A DNA stretch of 64,000 nucleotides, from the NCBI GenBank assembly GCA_021813765.1, contig JAKAJM010000001.1:3230-67229 (forward strand), read 5' to 3'. This stretch comes from Nitrospirota bacterium (GTDB lineage Bacteria > Nitrospirota > Thermodesulfovibrionia > Thermodesulfovibrionales > JdFR-88). Shown in pieces: positions 38,873 to 48,323 of the stretch. Below the pieces are notes generated by a model. The model had not been told where the DNA came from. It saw nothing but the letters and a program-made list of their open reading frames with translations, and did not search any database. A program made the position numbers and the translations under genes. How positions within the stretch are numbered: position 1 is the first letter of the stretch; every line of letters begins with the position of its first letter.

Positions 38873-39823
38873 ATGACACCTGTCAGGCGTTTCAACTCTT
38901 TCGGGGAATATGCCAAAGAGCGGTTCGGTGGCAGAAAGCTTCAGAAAGTGAACATTGACGCGGGTTTTACCTGCCCCAACCGTGACGGCACCCTCGGGTA
39001 CGGGGGGTGCGTCTATTGCAACAATAACAGCTTCAAGCCAGGCTCCTGCCGGTCCGTTTTGCCGGTCTCAAAACAGGTGGCAGACGGCATAGGCTACCTT
39101 GGGCGCAGGTACAAGGCCGGCCTCTTCCTTGCCTATTTCCAGCCGTTCACCAACACCTACGCCCCCGTTGAAGAGCTGGAGAGGCTCTACCTGGAGGCGC
39201 TGGCTCACCCGCAGGTCGCGGGCCTGGCGATAGGGACAAGGCCGGACTGCGTGGACGAGCAGAAGATCGCCCTCCTTGAAGGGCTTGCCAAAAAATACTT
39301 CATCCTGGTCGAATACGGGCTTCAGTCCATGCATGAAAAATCCCTCCGGTTCATCGAGCGGGGGCATGGCTTCGACACCTTCCTGAAGGCGGTGGAGCTC
39401 ACCGCGGGCAGGGGCATCCACATTGGGGCGCACATCATTGCCGGCATTCCCACGGAGACCCGCGAGGAGACCCTCCTTATGGCCGACGGGCTTTCGGAGC
39501 TGGAGGTGGGCTTTCTGAAGCTGCACCAGCTCCAGGTGGTAAAGGGCACAAAGCTGGCCCGTACCTATGCCCAGGAAGAGTTCCACGTTTTCGGATATGA
39601 CGAGTATATCGATTTTGCCGTTGATTTCCTTGAGCGTCTGCGCGCGGACATAGTCATCCAGAGGCTCTTTGCGACCGCCCCCGATGAGCTCCTTATCGCG
39701 CCCAAATGGGGCTGGGACAGGCACCGCATCCTCAGGGACATCGAGGCCAGGCTTGCCAGCCGCAACACCTTCCAGGGCAGTAAGGCAAAGACAAGGACTG
39801 GCAAAAGGACAAAAGCCCTCTAG
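38873..39823 (+). CDS. TIGR01212 family radical SAM protein (YhcC-like)
   Basis: GFTCPNRDG...GCVYC, AYFQ, TNTY, GTRPDC, EYGLQS, KLHQL. Confidence 0.92.
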   Translation: MTPVRRFNSFGEYAKERFGGRKLQKVNIDAGFTCPNRDGTLGYGGCVYCNNNSFKPGSCRSVLPVSKQVADGIGYLGRRYKAGLFLAYFQPFTNTYAPVEELERLYLEALAHPQVAGLAIGTRPDCVDEQKIALLEGLAKKYFILVEYGLQSMHEKSLRFIERGHGFDTFLKAVELTAGRGIHIGAHIIAGIPTETREETLLMADGLSELEVGFLKLHQLQVVKGTKLARTYAQEEFHVFGYDEYIDFAVDFLERLRADIVIQRLFATAPDELLIAPKWGWDRHRILRDIEARLASRNTFQGSKAKTRTGKRTKAL

Positions 39824-40866
39824 AGCTGGCTTGCGGCCTTCCTGAAAAGCTCATCCAGCCTGCCCGATTCCCTGGCTATCTCGGAGAGCGTTTCGGCCAG
39901 CTCCGCCCGGCCCTCCGCCCCGGCCTTTCCGGCCCATTCCAGATATGTCCTTGCGTGCTCCGCGTTATGCTCCTGCCAGTGCTCTATCAGTACCTTCAAC
40001 TTCGCTGTAAGCTCGCTCATCTGGTGTAAAAAAAACTCCTTTCCGGTTTTTAGTTCCGCTTCCGTTATTTTTCCGCCGCCTGCATCTTCCCAGGCGTGCT
40101 CATGGACGCCAAAATGGCTGTGCACATGCCTGAAGCCTTCGTGCCTGTGCGCGTGCTCGTGTATGAGGTTTGCTTCAAGAAGGACATCGTTCATTTTGAT
40201 TATCCCGGCCGAGGGGCCGTCGGCCAGCACACGGTGGTCCTCGCCGATGACAATCGAGCGCTCCGAGATGTCCTCGATCATGTGGAGGTCGTGGGTGGCG
40301 GTGATTATCGTCTTACCCGCCTCCTTGAGCCTGACCACCAGCTCCACCAACTCCACCTGGCTTCTGGGGTCCAGCCCGGAGGTGGGCTCATCCAGAAGGT
40401 AGACATCGGGGTTCGTTGACAGGCATGTGCCAAGCGCCACCTTCTTCATCTCCCCCCCGCTTAACTGCCACGGGGAACGGCCGGCCAGGGCCGTAATGCC
40501 AAGAAGCTCCATAATGTCTTCGGCCCTGCCCCTGGCCTCCTTCTGCCCAAGGCCGTGCTGGAGCGGACCGAACATGAGCTCGTCAAGCACCGTAAGGGAG
40601 AAAAGCTGGGCCTGGGAGTTTTGAAACAGCATCCCTATTCTTGCCCTCTTCGAGGGGGTGAAGGTTTTATCACCGAACACTCTCAGGGAACCCGCGGAGG
40701 GGGCCAAAAGCCCCTGCAGGAGATAGAGCAGGGTGCTTTTGCCGGAGCCGTTCGTGCCCAGCACCGTAAGCGATTCCCCGAGCGGGACCTTGAGGTCCAC
40801 GGCGTCCAGCGCCTTTTGCCCCCCCTGGTACTCATAGGATATGCCTTCAAGCTCAAACGCGTTCAT
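39820..40866 (-). CDS. nikO: ECF transporter ATPase (NikO/CbiO) with His-rich linker and extra C-terminal HWxxHNxxH domain
   Basis: GTNGSGKST, LSGGE, LLDEPT, ATHD; then HEHAHRH...HVHSH and EHWQEHNAEH. Confidence 0.88.
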   Translation of the reverse strand: MNAFELEGISYEYQGGQKALDAVDLKVPLGESLTVLGTNGSGKSTLLYLLQGLLAPSAGSLRVFGDKTFTPSKRARIGMLFQNSQAQLFSLTVLDELMFGPLQHGLGQKEARGRAEDIMELLGITALAGRSPWQLSGGEMKKVALGTCLSTNPDVYLLDEPTSGLDPRSQVELVELVVRLKEAGKTIITATHDLHMIEDISERSIVIGEDHRVLADGPSAGIIKMNDVLLEANLIHEHAHRHEGFRHVHSHFGVHEHAWEDAGGGKITEAELKTGKEFFLHQMSELTAKLKVLIEHWQEHNAEHARTYLEWAGKAGAEGRAELAETLSEIARESGRLDELFRKAASQL

Positions 40867-41843
40867 ATGAAGGCCGCCCCCGCGGCAAGCAAAACCAGGG
40901 CGGCATCGTACAGGCCGAACCGGAAGGCGGGCAGCCCCGGCTCCCTGACCTCCTCAGCAGCCCCCCTTGCCTCCATTGCGAATTCAAGCTCCCGCCTCAG
41001 CTTCAGGCTCATTATAAGAAGCGAGGCCGCACGGGAGCCTACCCATTTTCTGTCCGGCCCGCTCCGCCCGGCCCAGCCCCTGCCTTTCCCCGTCCCGCCC
41101 TTACCCGGATGGTACGCCCCCCTTGCCTTGCGGGCAAGTATGAACTCCTCAAGCCTCCTGACCAGGAAGAACATGTACCTGTAACTCATGGAAAAGACCG
41201 TCTTCAGAAAACCCGGGATAAAGAAGCTCACGGCCTTGACCAGCTCCGGTGGCCTGGTCGTAAAGCCTGCAAGAAGGACGATCATCATGGAGCCTGTCAC
41301 CCTGGCAACGAGACCGAGCGCCGCCAAAAGCCCCTGCCTGCTTATATAAATGGAATGGTGGGTGAGAATGGTGAACACGGGCTGGCCCGGCGTGACCGCA
41401 CCAAGGCTTGCAGGCAGCGCGATGACCGCCGTAAAGAGCACCCCAGGAAGAAGCCTTTTCAAATACATGCCGGCAGGTATCCTGGAGAGCGCGGCAAGAA
41501 CAAGGCCAAGCGCGATAAAGCGGGACATGCCGGCCAGGCTCCGCTCAAAGCTCAAGCCTATAAGGAGCAAGGCTATGACAACTATCTTCGTCCTTGGCTC
41601 CACTTTTTGAAGGAGCCCGCTCCTTGAGGCGGTCTTTTCATTGAACAGCGCATCTTCCAGGAAGGAAAGCACCGCCTTCAGCGTGCGCTCAAGCGCCATG
41701 CCGGAATTTTTGCTTCCTTTGCGCAGGGGAAAACCGGTTTTTTGTCCATCCGCTTTTCCTTCTTCCGCCAAAAGCCATGCCGGAAGTTTTTGCTTTTTCC
41801 CCGTATTAGCCTTTTTATTTTTTTCTTGTCCGTTTCCCAGCAT
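40863..41843 (-). CDS. nikQ: ECF transporter T component (NikQ/CbiQ)
   Basis: EPRTK, YRYMF, ARG and AMEARG motifs; start may be shorter. Confidence 0.85.
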   Translation of the reverse strand: MLGNGQEKNKKANTGKKQKLPAWLLAEEGKADGQKTGFPLRKGSKNSGMALERTLKAVLSFLEDALFNEKTASRSGLLQKVEPRTKIVVIALLLIGLSFERSLAGMSRFIALGLVLAALSRIPAGMYLKRLLPGVLFTAVIALPASLGAVTPGQPVFTILTHHSIYISRQGLLAALGLVARVTGSMMIVLLAGFTTRPPELVKAVSFFIPGFLKTVFSMSYRYMFFLVRRLEEFILARKARGAYHPGKGGTGKGRGWAGRSGPDRKWVGSRAASLLIMSLKLRRELEFAMEARGAAEEVREPGLPAFRFGLYDAALVLLAAGAAFI

Positions 41844-42153
41844 TCAGGTCCCTGCGTCCCGCTATCAGTTTTCCAACGGCAAAGGAAAGGGCGGCCACTA
41901 TCAAAACCCCTGCCAGGGCCGAGGCTAGATAGCCCAGGTAGCCCTTCCCATAGCCTGCGGCCGGGGCCTTCCACAGGCCGTTTAACCTTTTCAGGCCCGC
42001 AGGCGCATAACCTGTCAGCCTTTCAAGCTCCCTCCAGCTCCATTCCCCCCAGGCGCCTTCGGCCCCGAAGAATCTTGGCACCCATATCCCAAGCGGCGTA
42101 AGGAGCGCCAGGATGAGAAGCGCGGTCCATAGGTTTTTCCGTTTTAACCTCAC
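41815..42153 (-). CDS. nikN: PDGLE-domain NikN-like component
   Basis: LTPLGI...AWGEWS...W-x-AP...GYLASA with two TM segments, between nikM and nikQ. Confidence 0.75.
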   Translation of the reverse strand: MRLKRKNLWTALLILALLTPLGIWVPRFFGAEGAWGEWSWRELERLTGYAPAGLKRLNGLWKAPAAGYGKGYLGYLASALAGVLIVAALSFAVGKLIAGRRDLNAGKRTRKK

Positions 42154-42845
42154 CGGTTCTCTCCTGTATATACGAGCTCCGGGTGGGACTTGAGTATGTA
42201 AGCAAGGCCAAGCACGGTGAAGGCCACCTCGACAAAACCGAAAAGGGTAAGGTGCCCTGCCATGAGCGCCGGGATGGTCACCTTCAGAGGGAATGGGTTG
42301 TAAAGCGGTCTGCCTCCGGCCCCTCTTTCCAGGATGGGCTGGATGCCAAGCTCCAGGGCAGTCAGGAAGGCCGCCACATTTATTCCAAAGTAAGCGCCGC
42401 AGCCTGCGGCAAAGAGGGTCCTTTTGTTTTTCCCTTTCCCGGCGCGCGCCGCCCGGCCGGCCAGGAGCCTGTAGAGTGCCCAGGCGGAAAAAACCCCGGC
42501 AAAGGCCATGTTAAAGCAGTTTGCCCCGTAGGATGTGATCCCCCCGTCGCCAAAAACAAGGGCCTGCACGGCCAGGGCTATGGACATGCAGACGAAGGCC
42601 GCCCACGGGCCAAGCACGGCCGCAAGGAGCATCGCGCCGGTGGCGTGCCCGGATGTGCCCCCGGCGATGGGGACATTGAACATCATTACCACAAAACTTG
42701 CGGCGGCCCCCAGGGCAAGCAGAGGCGCGTCCGAGGCCTTTAGCGTTTTTTTAAGCTTCCTGCCCGCCACATACAACAGCGCAAGCATTGCCGCCCAAAA
42801 ACTTCCATATGTCTCCGGCCCAAGGTATCCGTCAGGTATGTGCAT
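42150..42845 (-). CDS. nikM: ECF S component NikM (CbiM family)
   Basis: MHIPDGYL N-terminus, GGTSGH, QALVFGDGG; downstream of nikR. Confidence 0.88.
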   Translation of the reverse strand: MHIPDGYLGPETYGSFWAAMLALLYVAGRKLKKTLKASDAPLLALGAAASFVVMMFNVPIAGGTSGHATGAMLLAAVLGPWAAFVCMSIALAVQALVFGDGGITSYGANCFNMAFAGVFSAWALYRLLAGRAARAGKGKNKRTLFAAGCGAYFGINVAAFLTALELGIQPILERGAGGRPLYNPFPLKVTIPALMAGHLTLFGFVEVAFTVLGLAYILKSHPELVYTGENR

Positions 42846-42901
42846 GGAAAAAGTCCTTTTTTAAAAAATGGGAAATATTTTTTTATCCGGGCCTTTTTAT
42901 T

Positions 42902-43318
42902 TTATTCCAGGCCTTTCCCCGTGGTAGTTATCGTGAGCTTGCCGTGTTTCACTCCCCTGGTGCCTATGAGCCTGTCAGAGACCGCCCGCAGGTCCGCGGC
43001 GGGCCCCTTGAGGACTATCACCTCCAGGCAGTTGTGCGCGTCCAGGTGCACGTGCATGCTGGAGAGTATCTCCTTGTGGAATTTGTGCTGCAGGTCCTGG
43101 AGCGTGTTGGCAAGCTCCCTCGTATGATGGTCATAGACGAGGGTCACACTGGCAACGGCCTCCTGCGTGCCCTCCTCCCACTGCTTTTTTACGAGCTCCT
43201 CCCTTATAAGGTCGCGGATCGCCTCGCTCCTGCTCGGATATCCCTTGCCGCTTATGAGCTCGTCAAAATTCCTTAAAAGGCCGTCCTCAAGCGAGATGCC
43301 AAACCTGGTTATTCCCAT
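42902..43318 (-). CDS. nikR: nickel-responsive transcriptional regulator
   Basis: RFGISL ribbon-helix-helix, [29 protein letters not shown]; true start ATG 43318. Confidence 0.95.
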   Translation of the reverse strand: MGITRFGISLEDGLLRNFDELISGKGYPSRSEAIRDLIREELVKKQWEEGTQEAVASVTLVYDHHTRELANTLQDLQHKFHKEILSSMHVHLDAHNCLEVIVLKGPAADLRAVSDRLIGTRGVKHGKLTITTTGKGLE

Positions 43319-43411
43319 TGGTGTTATTATTTTCAAAAAAGTGCGAAAAGTCAAGATGTAAAAGAGCATCTGGAGGTCATTTGATTTTTTGCGCCTGCTT
43401 CTGATTAAATG

Positions 43412-43580
43412 TAGAACGTTTACAGGTGCCCTGACGGGCATAAGAGGGAATCCCGTGGAAATCGGGAGCGGTCCCGCCGCTGTAACCGGGGACAAGCCTT
43501 CGGTAAAGCCACTGTGCCTTATAAGGGGCATGGGAAGGCGAAGGTGAGGATGAACCGGGAGCCAGAAGACCTGCCTGCAA
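43412..43580 (+). ncRNA. cobalamin riboswitch
   Basis: AGGTGC...AAGAGGGAA...GAAATC...CGGTCCCGCCGCTGT...GCCACTG...GGGAAGG...GAGCCAGAAGACCTGCC; boundaries approximate. Confidence 0.95.
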
Positions 43581-43667
43581 ACAGTTGGAAAAGGAACTTC
43601 TCGCGGAAGAAGGAAGGACGGGGATGGTTAAAAAACCCGTCCGCAAGGGATGAAGCAAACTGGGTGC

Positions 43668-43709
43668 AATCCCGATGGCTGTCACCGGCCATCGGGATTT
43701 TTGTTTTTT
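43668..43709 (+). terminator. riboswitch expression-platform terminator
   Basis: AATCCCGATGGC/GCCATCGGGATT stem followed by a T run, just before the cbiM SD. Confidence 0.85.
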
Positions 43710-43731
43710 AAGCACAAAAAAGGAGGTATTT

Positions 43732-44430
43732 ATGCATATCGAAGACGGGATTCTGCCGCCCAGGGCGTGGGGGTTCTGGTATGGCGTTACATTGCTTTTC
43801 ATTGTTCCGGGCATAAGAGAGATCAAAAGGCGGGTGCGGGAGAACCTGTCATACAAGCCATTTCTTGCCATGGTCGGGGTTGCCGTTTTTGTGATCTCTG
43901 CCATGCATTTGCCGGTCCCTGTGACCGGCTCTTGCTCGCACCCCTGCGGCACGCCGCTTGCGGCCATTATTGTTGGCCCTTTCGCCACTGCCGTGATCTC
44001 ATTGATCGTTCTTTTCTTTCAGGCCATCTTCCTGGGGCATGGAGGCATTACCACCATCGGGGCCAACGATTTTTCCATGGGCATAGCCGGAGGGATTTCC
44101 GGTTACCTCTGCTGGAGGCTGGCGAGGCGTTTCAATTCTCCTTTATGGCTGGCTGGCGGCATAGCCGGTTTTGTTGGCGATGTGTTGACGTACCTTACAT
44201 CCTCGTTCGAGCTGGCCTTGAGCCTGCATGGGCATATTCCGCTTCTTAAGCAATGGATGATCTTCTTTGCGGGGTATGGCCCAACACAGTTGCCGCTGGC
44301 TGTTGCCGAGGCCGTTTTCACCGCCGCGGTGTTGCAGGTGATGTACAACCGCAGGCCGGACCTGCTGCCAGGCGTAACAGACAGGAAAAAGATTTTCCGC
44401 GAAACCGGAAAACCAGAGATGGAGGGCTAG
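43732..44430 (+). CDS. cbiM: cobalt ECF S component CbiM
   Basis: MHIEDGILP, GSCSHPCG, FLGHGGITTIGAN, TQLPLAVAE; AGGAGG SD; riboswitch upstream. Confidence 0.9.
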   Translation: MHIEDGILPPRAWGFWYGVTLLFIVPGIREIKRRVRENLSYKPFLAMVGVAVFVISAMHLPVPVTGSCSHPCGTPLAAIIVGPFATAVISLIVLFFQAIFLGHGGITTIGANDFSMGIAGGISGYLCWRLARRFNSPLWLAGGIAGFVGDVLTYLTSSFELALSLHGHIPLLKQWMIFFAGYGPTQLPLAVAEAVFTAAVLQVMYNRRPDLLPGVTDRKKIFRETGKPEMEG

Positions 44431-44436
44431 TGCCAT

Positions 44437-44760
44437 ATGAGGACAGATAAAGATGGCGCGGTGGAAACTGCACCCTGGTTTGATCCCTTTACGCGCTGGA
44501 TGCTGATAATCATGTTCACCATACTGGCAATAATTTTCGTTGCGGCCAAATACATGGACGTGCATAACATGCAAGGAGGCGGCACAGACGATACGGTCAA
44601 CGCCATGGCTTCCAGGGTGGCTGGTGCGAAGGCCGCCCACCCGTTCGTCAACTTGCCAGGCGACGCCCAGGTTGGAGCTTTTTCAGTTGCCAACTTCTTC
44701 GCCGGCCTGATCGTAGGGCACAATTGGAAAAAGCTGTTTGAAATGGAAAAGAAGGATTGA
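44437..44760 (+). CDS. CbiN-like accessory membrane protein
   Basis: two TM segments with a GTDD loop, directly after cbiM. Confidence 0.65.
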   Translation: MRTDKDGAVETAPWFDPFTRWMLIIMFTILAIIFVAAKYMDVHNMQGGGTDDTVNAMASRVAGAKAAHPFVNLPGDAQVGAFSVANFFAGLIVGHNWKKLFEMEKKD

Positions 44761-44833
44761 CGTGCAATATGCGGCTCGCACTTAAACGGCTGCCTGGCAT
44801 AACTTGCATTTACAAAAAGGAAGACGGCCTCAA

Positions 44834-45100
44834 ATGAACTACAAGTATTTCGTGCACCGGGACTGCGCTTTTTTTCCGTGCCATGATATCGTGGAATGGA
44901 AGTCGTGTCTTTTTTGCTGGTGCCCTCTATATCTTCTAGACTGTGGCGGGGATTTCACTTTTAAAAGCGGTATAAAAGACTGCTCCAACTGCATTATCCC
45001 CCATTCTGAAGGGGGATATGATTATGTCCTCCAAATTATAAACGGAATGAGGCGGGAGATCATGGAAATCATCACATCAAAAAGAGGATGCCAGTGTTGA
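44834..45100 (+). CDS. cysteine-rich small domain protein
   Basis: CAFFPCH...CLFCWCPLY...CGG...KDCSNCIIPH. Confidence 0.85.
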   Translation: MNYKYFVHRDCAFFPCHDIVEWKSCLFCWCPLYLLDCGGDFTFKSGIKDCSNCIIPHSEGGYDYVLQIINGMRREIMEIITSKRGCQC

Positions 45101-45119
45101 CGTCAGAAAGGAAAAAGAC

Positions 45120-45890
45120 ATGAGAGCGGCAAGGCGCCTTGAAGGCCTGTTGATATTCTTTTTTATCTCCATCTTGTTTTTGCTTCCCGTGCGGGCCTAC
45201 GCAACACATCCGCTCATAACCGATGACGCCTATACCCAGGGAAAAGGCAATAAAGAGACGGAACTTGATATGGAATATTCCATGAACGAGGATGGGCAGA
45301 CCAGGCAGGAGGTGTATCAACTCAAATCCATAATTTCTTATGGAACATCACAAAATGCTGACATTGTCCTTACTGTGCCATATTGGTTTCTTCATGCCGG
45401 CGGTCAGACAGCGGACGGGCTTTCTGATGTTACCTTTGAGTACAAATACCGGTTTTATGAAAAGGACAATTTTCTGATGGCTTTGAAGCCGGGCATCTCC
45501 TTTCCCACAGGGGATGCCGCCCAAGGTCTTGGCGCGGGCAGACCCAATTACTGGCTCACACTGATAAGTACGCTGGAGGCGAAGCAGAATTTGCTTTTCC
45601 ATGCCAACGCTCAATTCATTTACCAGCCCAACACTTCCGGATATATAGAGAAGGCCTTTAGCCTTACCGTGGCCACAGAATACCGGTTCGCTAAAAAAAT
45701 AAGACTGGTGGGCAACATAGGCACGAGCAATAATCCGGGAATGGTCAGCCTTACGCCCAAAAATTTCATTCTGGCGGGTCTTGTCTATTCCCCATCCGGG
45801 AGCTTAGACATTGATGGTGGCGTAAAGGCCGCGTTCAGCCGCCCCGGAGGCAATTACGGGCTGCTGTTCGGACTGACAAAAAGATTTTAA
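45120..45890 (+). CDS. outer-membrane beta-barrel transporter (phenol-MetA/CoxB-like)
   Basis: signal peptide, HPLITDDA mature N-terminus, FPTGD...GLG, terminal Phe. Confidence 0.75.
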   Translation: MRAARRLEGLLIFFFISILFLLPVRAYATHPLITDDAYTQGKGNKETELDMEYSMNEDGQTRQEVYQLKSIISYGTSQNADIVLTVPYWFLHAGGQTADGLSDVTFEYKYRFYEKDNFLMALKPGISFPTGDAAQGLGAGRPNYWLTLISTLEAKQNLLFHANAQFIYQPNTSGYIEKAFSLTVATEYRFAKKIRLVGNIGTSNNPGMVSLTPKNFILAGLVYSPSGSLDIDGGVKAAFSRPGGNYGLLFGLTKRF

Positions 45891-45932
45891 CAGAGAAAAA
45901 GTGGAAGGATCTTTAAAATAAGGCTCTGTTTT

Positions 45933-46397
45933 TCAGGCCTTGCCCTTGCCCTCGAAGAGGTTTTTCACTTCCTGCATGAGCTCGCCTATGTCCTTGAAAT
46001 GGCGGTAAACGGAGGCAAACCTTACATAGGCAACCATGTCCAGTCCCTTGAGGGCGGACATGACCTCCTCGCCTATCAGGGAGCTTGGGACCTCCTTGAC
46101 GCCAAGCGCCAGCACCTTTCTTTCTATGGTGTTCACTGCGTCCTCAAGCTGCTGGGTGGAGACGGGCCTCTTGCCGCATGCCATCTTGAGCCCGTGAAGT
46201 ATCTTCTGGCGCTCGAAGGGCTCTCTCCTGCCGTCCTTCTTTACAACAAGGGGCATCACCTCTTCTATGCGCTCGTAGGAGGTAAAGCGCCGTTCGCATC
46301 CCAGGCACTCCCTGCGGCGGCGTATCAGGTCCCCGTCCTTGCTTGTCCTGGAATCTATTACCTTGTCTTCAAGATGGCCGCAGAAGGGGCATTTCAT
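45933..46397 (-). CDS. nrdR: transcriptional repressor NrdR
   Basis: [23 protein letters not shown] cone, [10 protein letters not shown]. Confidence 0.97.
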   Translation of the reverse strand: MKCPFCGHLEDKVIDSRTSKDGDLIRRRRECLGCERRFTSYERIEEVMPLVVKKDGRREPFERQKILHGLKMACGKRPVSTQQLEDAVNTIERKVLALGVKEVPSSLIGEEVMSALKGLDMVAYVRFASVYRHFKDIGELMQEVKNLFEGKGKA

Positions 46398-46467
46398 ATT
46401 GAGCCGAAGATGGGGAAACCCGTAAAAAGGACCGGCTGTTTCATTTAATCAAAGATCCCTCCGGGGG

Positions 46468-47706
46468 TTAATAGACGGGAAACCGCCTCGTAAGCTCCCC
46501 TACCTTGCCGCTTATCTCCTTAAGCCTGGAGTCGTCCTGCCTGTTCTGGAGCGCCTCGTCTATATACTGCGCTATCAGGCGCATCTCGGCATCCTCCATC
46601 CCCCTTGACGTAACGCAGGGCGTGCCTATGCGTATGCCGCTTGTGATGGTGGCCGGGCGAGGGTCGTAAGGAATGGCGTTTTTGTTGAGCGAGATGCCCG
46701 CCTTGTCCAGCGCGGCCTCCGCTTCCTGGCCGGTAATTCCCTTGTTGTTAAGGTCAATGAGCATCAGGTGGTTGTCCGTGCCGCCGGAGACCAGGTTGAA
46801 TCCCTTCAGCATGAGCTCGCCTGCAAGGGTCTTTGCGTTTTTGATTATCTTTTGCTGGTAGACCCTGAAGTCCTCCTGCAAGGCCTCCTTAAGCGCGACG
46901 GCCTTTGCGGCTATCACGTGCACAAGGGGCCCCCCCTGAATGCCCGGGAAGATCATCTTGTCTATCGCTTTTGCGTGCTCCTGCTTGCACATGATGAGCC
47001 CGCCGCGCGGCCCGCGGAGCGTCTTGTGCGTGGTAGTGGTGACGAAGTCGGCATGGGGTATGGGAGAAGGGTGAAGCCCCGCCGCCACAAGCCCCGCGAT
47101 GTGGGCGATGTCGGCCACCAGAAAGGCTCCGGCCTCGCGCGCTATGCGGCCGAAGGCCTCGAAATCTATTATCCTCGGGTAGGCGCTTGCCCCTACCAGG
47201 ATTATCCTGGGCTTGTGCTCAAGCGCCAGCTTGCGCACCTCCTCGTAATCTATGCGCCCCGTATCGCGGTCCAGCCCGTAGGCAACGCGCTTGTAAAGCA
47301 TCCCGGAGAAGTTGGCGGTGGCCCCGTGGCTCAAATGCCCGCCGTGGCTAAGGCTCATGCCCATTATGGTGTCGCCAGGCTTGGCGAAGGCAAAATACAC
47401 GGCCATGTTGGCCTGGGTGCCGGAATGGGGCTGGACGTTCACATGCTCCGCCCCGAAAAGCTCTTTCGCCCTCTCAATGGCCAGCCTTTCGACTATGTCC
47501 GCATATTCGCACCCGCCGTAATACCTTTTGCCCGGGTATCCCTCCGCGTACTTGTTAGTGAAAACGGAGCCCTGGGCCTCCATCACCGCATAGCTTGCGT
47601 AGTTTTCAGAGGCTATGAGAAGGAGCTTTTCCCGCTCCCTGCCGTTTTCCTTCTCTATCGCGTCAAATATCTCGGGGTCGGTCTCTTTAAGCCTGTCTCG
47701 GTTCAT
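46468..47706 (-). CDS. glyA: serine hydroxymethyltransferase
   Basis: [41 protein letters not shown]. Confidence 0.98.
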   Translation of the reverse strand: MNRDRLKETDPEIFDAIEKENGREREKLLLIASENYASYAVMEAQGSVFTNKYAEGYPGKRYYGGCEYADIVERLAIERAKELFGAEHVNVQPHSGTQANMAVYFAFAKPGDTIMGMSLSHGGHLSHGATANFSGMLYKRVAYGLDRDTGRIDYEEVRKLALEHKPRIILVGASAYPRIIDFEAFGRIAREAGAFLVADIAHIAGLVAAGLHPSPIPHADFVTTTTHKTLRGPRGGLIMCKQEHAKAIDKMIFPGIQGGPLVHVIAAKAVALKEALQEDFRVYQQKIIKNAKTLAGELMLKGFNLVSGGTDNHLMLIDLNNKGITGQEAEAALDKAGISLNKNAIPYDPRPATITSGIRIGTPCVTSRGMEDAEMRLIAQYIDEALQNRQDDSRLKEISGKVGELTRRFPVY

Positions 47707-48158
47707 TCTTTCGAGGTCTTCTCCTCTATGTTCGTTATCTTCATGAGCCTGCCTGCGTGCCTTCCTCCCTCGAATGCGGTGTCAAGCCAGACCCCGAGCA
47801 CCTCGCGCGCCATTACAGGCCCGATGATCCTGCCGCCAAGGACAAGTATGTTCGAGTCGTTATGCTGGCGGCTGAGCCTTGCGCTAAGCGGCTCGGAGCA
47901 CAGGGCCGCCCTGATGCCGGGGAACTTGTTGGCCACTATGCTCATGCCTATCCCGGTGCCGCAGATGAGCACCCCCCTGTCCGCCTGCCCGCCGGACACA
48001 AGCAGGGATACCTTCTCTCCGAAATCCGGATAATCGACCGGGCCGGCGGAGCCTTCCGGCCCCACGTCTATCAGGCTTATCCCCTGGTCCCTGATGAACC
48101 CGGCAAGCTCTTTTTTCAGATCGGCCCCGGCATGGTCGGAACCAATGGCAATGATCAT
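47703..48158 (-). CDS. rpiB: ribose-5-phosphate isomerase B
   Basis: [28 protein letters not shown]. Confidence 0.96.
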   Translation of the reverse strand: MIIAIGSDHAGADLKKELAGFIRDQGISLIDVGPEGSAGPVDYPDFGEKVSLLVSGGQADRGVLICGTGIGMSIVANKFPGIRAALCSEPLSARLSRQHNDSNILVLGGRIIGPVMAREVLGVWLDTAFEGGRHAGRLMKITNIEEKTSKE

Positions 48159-48323
48159 GGTCTGTTATGATAAATAAGTTTAAAACCAGTAGTCAAGAAA
48201 ACCGCCCCTGCCGGCCGCCCCACGGGGCCGCGCCCCGCGCGGCTTATCCGTTTGACAAAGGGAACGGGCAAATTTTATATTAAAAATCAGCACAATTTTC
48301 AGGAAAAAGAGAGGGCTTTACAT

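Noticed and set aside
43321-43345. NikR operator (GTGTTA half-site at the nikR promoter)
   Set aside because: Only one half-site is visible, with no matching TAACAC at a plausible spacing.
43319-43531. N-terminal extension of nikR, plus ORFs 43377-43988 and 43514-43711
   Set aside because: They run through the promoter and the cobalamin riboswitch; NikR homology starts at 43318.
44795-44810. sigma54-like TGGCATAACTTGCA upstream of the Cys-rich gene
   Set aside because: The GG-to-GC spacing is 2 nt too short for a -24/-12 promoter.
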